Source: Balanoglossus misakiensis
Taxonomy: Eukaryota; Animalia; Hemichordata
Assembly (NCBI GenBank): GCA_040954595.2
Contig: CM082580.2
Coordinates: 6,579,519 to 6,643,518 of the forward strand
DNA: 64,000 nucleotides
Direction: 5' to 3'
Shown piece by piece: positions 56,201 to 64,000 of the stretch. The translations under genes and the position numbers were made by a program. The first letter of the stretch is position 1. Every line of letters begins with the position of its first letter. The notes under the pieces are model-generated. The model was given only the letters and a program-made list of their open reading frames with translations, did no database searches and was not told the origin of the DNA.

Positions 56201-59200
56201 CAAAATCGCATTTGAAATTCCACTGTCAGCAACGCAGAGTTTGGCGTTTGCATTTCCGTCCTTAAAAATAAATAGCCATGTAAATTAAGCGTCAAATTAG
56301 GAGGAATTGCACATCTTGTATTCAAGATTTAAATAGTCTTTAAAACAGATTACAGTCACGCAATTAAATTCTTTCCCCCGTAGACACCTTTAAGAGGCCG
56401 TGTGATGATTACACAGAGTTTGAATGCGTCAGTGACAGCAACTGCATCTCGCTGGATCGGTATTGTGACTACCAAGAAGACTGTGCAGACGGATCCGATG
56501 AGAAGGGCTGTAGTAAGTATAATATGGCGAGCCTGATTTCATCGTAATACCAGAGATTTGTCTTTAGTGCATTGCAAGAAATGTCGTTCACACACCTAGG
56601 TATATTATTGCAAATGTTTTATGTTGTCGTTTTTGGTACATCTATGTGAATCATGTTACAGTAGACGTAATGTCGTGTTTCCACTTCACCTTTGAACAGT
56701 TGTCAAACCCGGAGACTGTCACTTCGACGACGAAAACGACTTTTGCGATTGGGAACAGAACAACGGCGACAACTTCGACTGGGTCACTGGGAGGTCAACA
56801 GTCAGCCGTGACAGCGGGCCAAGTTTTGATCACACAAGCGGCAATTCCAACGGAAGCAGTGAGTGGGGTTTTTCATAACGAGTATTGTTATTTATATAAC
56901 ATCACAACGGGTGACTTGAATAAGACCGCATGCATCATGTGATCCAAATGTGCTTAGAAATAGGTACATGTTATGTTGTGTACACTAATGGTGACAAAGA
57001 ATATTTTTCCTTAGAAATATTGATATATACGTGTATATCTAAGTGTTCGGCGCGTTTCAAGGATTCGCACTTCCAATAAGAATTTTCAGGGCAGGTGGTA
57101 TTTACAGGACATGTCTTTACTAGAGTTCATCTTGTATTCATCCACACTAGGTTGGTTTGCGTATGTGGATAGCTCTCTGCAATCAGAAGGCGATATAGCG
57201 AGAATTTTAACGCCGGTGGATATAGTATTCCCTGCAAGCAAAGACGTCTGCACCATCCGGTTTTGGTATCACATGTACTCGGCGTCCCGTAAAATGGGCG
57301 TCTTGAGAGTAAGTTTCACGGTTATTGTCTCGAGCACTTTCGATCAAATCGTCTCTGAATTTTTCTTTGAGATACCCATATACATCAACAAACCCCCTTG
57401 TTTAATGCTTATCTCATTTTATACATTCATTCAAATTTCTGTCTATTTGCCGCATGCGTATATGCATGTTGTAAGAAACGCCAGAAACATGCATGGATTC
57501 AAATGCCATCTGTAACTGGTTTCTAATTATACATTTTAAGGTATATACAGCGCCGACCGATAATGATGATCAGATGTTGCCCATGTGGTATATGCACAGT
57601 AACCAGGGCGACCAGTGGAACTACGCCAAAGTGGTCATCGGTAATCCACACGACTTCAGAGTGGTGTTCGAAGTGATCATGGGAAGCAAGAGTTCGTCAG
57701 ATATTGCCATCGATGACGTCACGTTTACGTTGGCGTGCTTGGATCCAGGTAAATCTTCAGAGATGTTTTGAGTTTGTGCTTTTAAAGAAAAACGCCCTGT
57801 AATAGGGTGTCTACCACATTTCTCGCCAATAAAATAAAATTATATCTTCCATGATACAGACAATACAACGCTGGTCGGCTCCTGTCCACGAAATCATCTT
57901 TACTGTCCTGGTGATAACATCTGCGTTCCAAATTCGTGGGTGAACGACGGCTCTGTGGACTGTTCATCGGACTGCTATGACGAGGAACAGTACAGATTTC
58001 AGTGTGGTACGTACATTATACAGGATGCAGGTCCATCTATGTCGGCGAATCATATTCTGTGTATAGTTAAACGCGATAATATTCACGTCACTGGGCTGAT
58101 TAGCCGCTAGCTAGGGACATGATGCTTAAATTGGTATTTGGTTACTGTGGTATGTAACAATAGTTTTAATAGTATGTATGGAACTTTTTAGCATCACTGG
58201 TCACCGTCGTAATACCAGTAACTGCCAGAAACACTCGGTTCAACTTACCATTTCGCTAAGTTCTCTTATTTTTTTCTCATACAACAGAGTTGTTGAACAA
58301 GCCAGTTGGACCCGAGAAGCAAACTTCTGGAGCAGGTAAGTTGTCATCTATACTTCGTCAATATTAATGAGGAATGTGGAAAGGCTAAGTTTAGATTCCA
58401 CCTGGTGACCTTGTCATACCTGGGGAAATTGCACAGTATATTGATTGATAAAGTGCATGGACGCACGTATTTATGTGTCTCATGCGCCATTCTTGTCGAC
58501 TACAACGTCGGTCTATACGACATCATTATACACATTATCTCACATTTTATTCTAAATGTTGATACAGGATATATCTTACAGTTTTATGTTAATTAATGAA
58601 GTTTTTGAAACGCTTTTCCACAGGTGCTGGTGTGATAGCAGGTGCTGTCATTGGCGGATTGGTCGGCGCGGCTCTTATCATAGTTATTGTCGTTTTTGGC
58701 CTCAGATACTACAGGCAGAAGTGAGTTTTCTTTCCACGCTGTGACTTGATCTTATGATTTGTGTGCCAAGAGGGCAAATTAATAGTCCGGCGGTTTGGGC
58801 CACCGTCAAGTGTACCAGTGAGTACACGTACAAGTCGTGTGTCGTATGAACACGTGGTCTATGGTTCTCCTTGTCGAGGAATCTTCTAAAAATTGTTTTC
58901 TCATTTAGGGGCGGGTCGTCTTTCGCTGGATTCAATTACAACTTTGGAGGAAGTAACGAAGGCAAGGTTCGTATGGTTTATGATAACACTAGTTGCAATG
59001 TGTTGGTTACATTTTACTTTAAAATAAATTATGTTGAGTGATTGCCATTACCCATTATTTATATTTTGTTAGGACAACATAGAAGCAGATGTAACAGTAA
59101 ACAACGACTATGGCGATCCAGGGGTAGATATTTACAATTTTTCCCTTCCTCCATTTTACTAATGCGCACTCCAGAATGTATCTTGTGAATGTACTTTTGG

Positions 59201-59367
59201 GTGACAGATACCTTTCTGTCGAATTACACATTTTTCAGACTTTTTTAAAAATGGCTGAAATGTATATCAATACTTTAAATGGCTGAAATCCGCCATCTTG
59301 GAATTTTTTTCCTTTTTGTTTACAGGTATCCCATTCGCTGGACAACCCCATGTATGGGAAAAGTTAA
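44298..59367 (+). CDS. MAM and LDL-receptor class A domain-containing type I membrane protein (MALRD1/MAMDC4-like), paralog 2; 39 exons
   Basis: Exons collinear with paralog 1: 44298-44352 (MVVKIFLILALSCGLQIV), 44848-44991, 45227-45347, 45696-45940, 46333-46470, 46624-46968, 47123-47266, 47695-47957, 48231-48315, 48455-48493, 48907-49032, 49298-49447, 49659-49921, 50337-50547, 50848-50997, 51208-51305, 51398-51568, 51758-51851, 52035-52214, 52369-52548, 52679-52932, 53145-53229, 53562-53684, 53846-53995, 54229-54326, 54485-54655, 54762-55014, 55259-55399, 55797-56162, 56384-56512, 56700-56858, 57151-57308, 57541-57748, 57860-58006, 58288-58335, 58624-58720 (TM), 58909-58966, 59073-59123, 59326-59367 (VSHSLDNPMYGKS*). 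Same architecture of 9 MAM plus 7 LDLa; no disabling mutation noticed. Confidence 0.93.
45424..45600. repeat. (GTGAT/GCGAT/GTGAC)n pentanucleotide microsatellite in an intron
   Basis: gtgatgtgatgtgat...gcgatgcgat...gtgacgtgac. Confidence 0.92.
47007..47094. repeat. (AATG)22 microsatellite in an intron
   Basis: Perfect aatg run of 88 bp. Confidence 0.95.
49608..49643. repeat. (TTTG)n microsatellite next to a splice acceptor
   Basis: tttgtttgtttgtctgtttgtttg... ends ~15 bp before the acceptor at 49658. Confidence 0.85.
50557..50681. mobile_element. ~125-bp MITE with ~32-bp terminal inverted repeats (PIF/Harbinger-like termini) in a paralog-2 intron
   Basis: The left end aagggcctgggcagattttaacaggggagggc pairs with the right end gccctccccctgttaattctgtccaggccctt. 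It is absent from the equivalent intron of paralog 1 (after 32584). The target-site duplication is imperfect (caa / tta). Confidence 0.7.
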
Positions 59368-60499
59368 CTTCAACCAACTACCCAAGAACTGAAAATCAAC
59401 AAGACAGCAACGGAAACGATTTCTACACAAAGAAGTAGTAATTTACATAGGAAACCATTTATGAATTTTACCCGAGATTTCAGAAACATGTACAAATGTC
59501 CAGGCTTTAGTATTGAAAGCCACCTTTTTGGTTTGAATCCGAGCTTATCAAAGCCTATCCATTAGTAGTAGTAGTATTTTTTTTAATTATTTCATTTCAG
59601 TAAATTGACGATGTCACATAAGTATATTGGTCATTTGAGTGAGTGGGTAATATTCCAACTCACGCGTTTCCTTTTGTGTCTTATTTTGTGTGACACTGCA
59701 ACTGTCCACGTGAATGTGGTCTTCAACGAAATAAAAATGAATTCTAGACCTGACGTCATCAAATTCCATATCCTAAACCATGGTTCTATGCAGTGCACAT
59801 GTCTGTTGGGGTTGCGTCATTCCTAGAATACGTAATCTGTCCCTATTTCTGCGAGAATCGAAGTCTATTTGTATTATCTATGGTGTATAGCGGTACTACT
59901 AGACTATGGACACATGTCAAGTATTTAGGAATAAAAAGGGTGTTATGACACATACATGTTTATTCGTCAAAGACCTCGCCAACATAGTTGGTAAGTTTTA
60001 AAAATGTAAATCATGCTACGTATAGCCATTGGTCCGAAGGAGGTGATTGTCTAGTCCGGAGCTTCGTATTCAGTGGGTGTAGTTATAATCCAATCTCAGA
60101 TGTGAATTTTATTCGACATACACGACGCGACAATCTTTTAATCGAGTGGGTGTGGATTTAAAACGGCAGGGACACAAACATTGACACGCTTTCACCGCAT
60201 GATAACGCACAATACTGAGTTTACAAAGCACTTCAATATGGACCCCAAGATTGACAATAAAACATTTTGAAGTGCATTCATATCAATCTGATTTTTTTGC
60301 CAAGAGCTAACACTAGCCACTTGGAGCCACTTCACAAGTCTGGTTCGCAGGTGGCGTTTTTACATGTTTGACAATCATTAAGATAAAATTTTGACATGTA
60401 CACAGACTGGCGACTACTTTAACACTTAATAAACAGGGCGGTGTGAATTATTAACAGATACTGTTTAATAACTGTCACTTGGTGGCGGCATTGTGTGGC

Positions 60500-60631
60500 A
60501 TCTCTCTTTCCCCCTCCCTCCCGCTTTCTCTCTCTCTCTCCCTCTCGCTCAATCTCTCTCTCCCTCCCTCCCTCCCTACCTACCTCTCTCTCGCCCCCCC
60601 CCTCTCTCTCGCTCTCCCAACCTCTCTCTCC
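60500..60631. repeat. Degenerate CT-rich polypyrimidine repeat
   Basis: tctctctttccccctccctccc...ctctctctcc. Confidence 0.85.
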
Positions 60632-61617
60632 TTAAACATATCGGTTGTTAGTTCAACTGCATTTTTGTCCTGTGTATAAACTTATTGCTCATTAAAAAGT
60701 AAAAACCCAAGTCAAAAAGACGTTATCAATATTTTTGTTTGCTTCCAACTGGAGTATAGTTGACAGTTTCAATGACAGCGAGAGAAGGATACAATGTTCT
60801 TCGATACGGAGGGATCTATCGACCTCATTCTGTCGGGGCCCGGGCTCCTTTAGTTCGACGCGTTAGGATTTTTGTAATATTCCTGGGGACGAAAGGTACC
60901 ATGTCCTCTATATATTGGAACTCTATGTTGCCACAAGTGCCCTCCCCACTCCTTTCGATACCAACCCACCCACCCCTTGCACAAAGGGCATGTGGGAAAC
61001 ACAGTGTCAGGCTATAAGATCAACACAATTCCAATATTGGTTTCGTCTGCCATCGTTCTGATATGAACTCGATATACCCAGTGGACATTTTGGTAATCAA
61101 GACCATACACTACAAATGTACAAATACACTGACGACACGCGTCGGTTCGTGAAGTGCAACGATGGCCTTTTGAACTGCCGAAATTCGAATTCCTGCAGAG
61201 TCAGCCTTGAAGTATATTCTGTCATCCCATTGTTACAATGCAATCTGATCAGACACGACGAATTCGATAGCATTGACCGAAATAACTTCGGCCAAAAAAC
61301 AATGCATCTCACCATGCGCATGGCGAGCAACAGGTGATACAGGCTTGTTTCCTGACACCTGGTATTATCAGCGCACAAAATACACTTCGTTCACAGCCAA
61401 ACAAACCTCTTCAGACTCACTTAAATCAACCTTAAATCTATCATTTCACGGTAACAAACACTTGCCTTTTCATGGGTCCGGTTAACCCAAGGCGCTTATC
61501 AGCGTCTGCCACTCATTGAGATATTATTTAAGATAAACTTTTGACAGGTACACAAGCTCCAAGATCCGCGTTCACTTCATCAGACAATGAAGAGTGAAAT
61601 ATTAACCGACATTGTCG

Positions 61618-61743
<126 letters not shown>

Positions 61744-62446
61744 AACTAAAACTAACAGAACACGAAATACTTGGAATATCAAGCTTTATTATAGCTAAAC
61801 CATTACAAGATTTTGCCGAGAATATGTTGTACTGCGTTAGAAACTCGAAGCATGTACCGTGATGTAAATCTTCGGGTATCTTGGCCTTACATGAATACTA
61901 GCACGTGAGGTTTTGCAATTGTGTAAGTATTATGGAACATTAAAACTTTTATAACCAGAGCCTCGTCGACATATTGCCATAACTTTTATAACCGACGTAT
62001 TATTTGCCTATACATTTACGGTTATTTGCACAACTCGATAAGTTGAACACAATCCCAAATCTTGTCAACAATCCGCCGGCTTAATTGTCGTACATATATA
62101 GATAGTCACAACAGTTACCATGACGACACGCGAAGTCTGTGACATTCTTCGATAAGACAGGGGATCCATCAACCTCGTTATATGATTGTGAAGAGCGGAC
62201 CGCAGTGAAATTGGTCGCTAGAGGGCAAAGGTGGCCGGTGGACATCCGATACGCCTCCTGAAACACAACCGCCCCTCCCCGCGCCAGTTGAATCGACGCC
62301 AGCGCTACTCGTTGCATCCTCCCCCGGCTCGCTCTGTGAAATTCTACGTCGTATAGTGCCATGTATAGTGCAAGTTTACTGGCGTAGACGATTTCTCCTT
62401 CTTTGTTAACACAGTATTTTCTTCTGCGGGATTTATCTCATTCAAG

Positions 62447-62495
62447 ATGCAGTCTTTGCGTATTATTATTCTGGTGGTGTCAATTTTTGTCACGG
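62447..62495 (+). CDS. Probable first (signal-peptide) exon of a further secreted or membrane protein gene continuing beyond the window
   Basis: caagATG...gtcacgg|gtaagt encodes MQSLRIIILVVSIFVT(G): 49 nt, phase 1, strong donor. It is preceded by a CpG-rich stretch with a GC box (ccgcccctcccc ~62269), the same layout as exon 1 of both upstream genes. Confidence 0.55.
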
Positions 62496-64000
62496 GTAAG
62501 TCTTTGCCTTATAATTATCATCTGCGGGAGGTAGGCCGGGCGCAGAATTATCATCGATCGGCAATCGCATGTTTTTCGTCACTCATATCAAAATAAATGA
62601 CCTGGGCTTCGATACGCAACCTTCCTTGAAAAGCAGACGGAGAATTTCGATATTTTCAAATTACATTTTTTAAACTTTGAATGATGCAAGTCGCACTCGG
62701 AGGCCTGTCTCATCTCAACGAGAAGGGGCGTCTCCGCATGTATTTTTGGTACATAACCTTGGAGTTGAAAACCCGATCCATTCGATGGCGACGTGACGCC
62801 GTTAATCTCCGATGCAAGGTTTTTCCAACGAGGGAATATGTCTGATCTAATGAAGACTTGAATATTGTTTAAATTCATTTGCTTCATTTAGTTTGACGCG
62901 TGAAGTAGGGCCTACAGTATGCAAACAAAGTTTGATGTTGACGTTCACGTTTGTTTCGGCCACTGCATCCCACCGCCGACCTTGCATCAGTGTTCATTCA
63001 CGTTGGCATTGATTGGCAAAATAAAAACGGATATTTATGCGCGGGGACAGGATACAGTCAGAGGACAGTGTCTGGCAGATTTTTTTTACACTATTAAGGA
63101 TTCCAATAAGTAATGATATGCCCGCAATTACGTCAACGCCATTTAACGGCGCGCAAACTCCAGGTCTTCATTGCGCCATTTCTTGGTTTTTACTGCGGCC
63201 GCGCCACGTGTGTGTACATTTCACGAGAATTCGGGTCGCATTACATGTTTCATGTTGTGAGAACAATTTTCGGGCGTTGCGTGGTTCTGTATATCGAGAG
63301 TTAAATTCGATGCCATGAGAACTTCGTCAGAGAAATGACACCTCCTTTCGGTTGTTGAACCAACCTGTACCATCCTGTCGCGGGAGACGCGTTATGGGGC
63401 GTTCCGTTTACTTTCATTCTAAACGGTCGATTCGCTGCGTAACAGTGCAACAATTGTGTTTACTCACCGATATCGTTTATAACCTTTCCAGAAAGCCTTG
63501 AAACCCGGCAGACAATTAATACGTGACTGAGCATACTTCTTTGTGTAAGGTGAATTTCTCGTGCGACAAGAGGTCTGAGATAAAAAAAAATGGTGAAATA
63601 ACGCTGCTTGTGTGAAAAAGATCTGCTGATTGCGTTGAGAAAAAGTTATTTCGGTGAAATGAGCATAAGATCACTTCGTTTTGTGTGACAAATATCCCTT
63701 GCAAAACCAGACAAATTAGTATTTCTGATTGCGCAATTGTTAAAAAAATATCGCTGATAGGGTATAGAAATAATAAAAGAAACCTACGCAATTTACTATG
63801 ATTCAAACCATGCGGTCGAAATGCCTCGCATTTATGGCAATCACTTTCATATATATTGCATTTACTTTCAATAATTCAAGGGTTTCAATTCTTGCTGGAA
63901 ATATAGTTTGACACTTCTGTCAGTCGCATACGAGGCATACCATGTCATGCGGCGAGATGAACCGTGAGATTACAAAATTGGACAATAAAAACAAAGTAAT

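Noticed and set aside
60020-60240. Possible degenerate tRNA-derived SINE
   Set aside because: No convincing A/B boxes or cloverleaf could be read.
61116-61337. MYKYTDDT resembling the reverse-transcriptase Y(A/V)DD motif
   Set aside because: No upstream PQG motif or other RT blocks are recognisable; a short chance match unless BLASTX shows otherwise.
62588-62887. Minus-strand 99-aa ORF with WKNLASEI, vaguely death-domain-like
   Set aside because: Only a few residues match and the rest of the fold pattern is missing; it lies in a presumed first intron.

Overview
Eukaryotic (animal) genomic DNA, probably from a marine invertebrate; that taxon guess is an inference from the compact GT-AG introns and a duplicated MAM/LDLa receptor family. 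The first ~19.8 kb is the edge of an 88-bp AT-rich satellite array in three layers: a highly homogeneous zone (1-~16860), an older diverged zone (~16861-19094) and a short inverted 87-bp variant block (19095-19821). From ~20 to 26 kb is a non-coding buffer with 170-bp and 130-bp tandem repeats and a minus-strand series of short canonical introns without an ORF. From 26.8 to 59.4 kb are two intact, tandem, plus-strand paralogous genes (38 and 39 coding exons, about 1,970 aa each). Each encodes a type I membrane protein of the MALRD1/MAMDC4 type: signal peptide, 9 MAM domains, 7 LDL-receptor class A modules, a TM helix and a tail ending DNPMYGKS. A probable signal-peptide first exon of a third gene lies at 62447. 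The main oddities are a conserved RRRR furin-type insertion inside MAM6, patchy exon-level gene conversion between the paralogs, a precise intron difference, a microhomology-derived potential 24-nt microexon, an atypical last LDLa module, and layered and inverted satellite architecture. No tRNA, rRNA, CRISPR array or autonomous transposon was recognised. All coordinates and counts were derived by hand.
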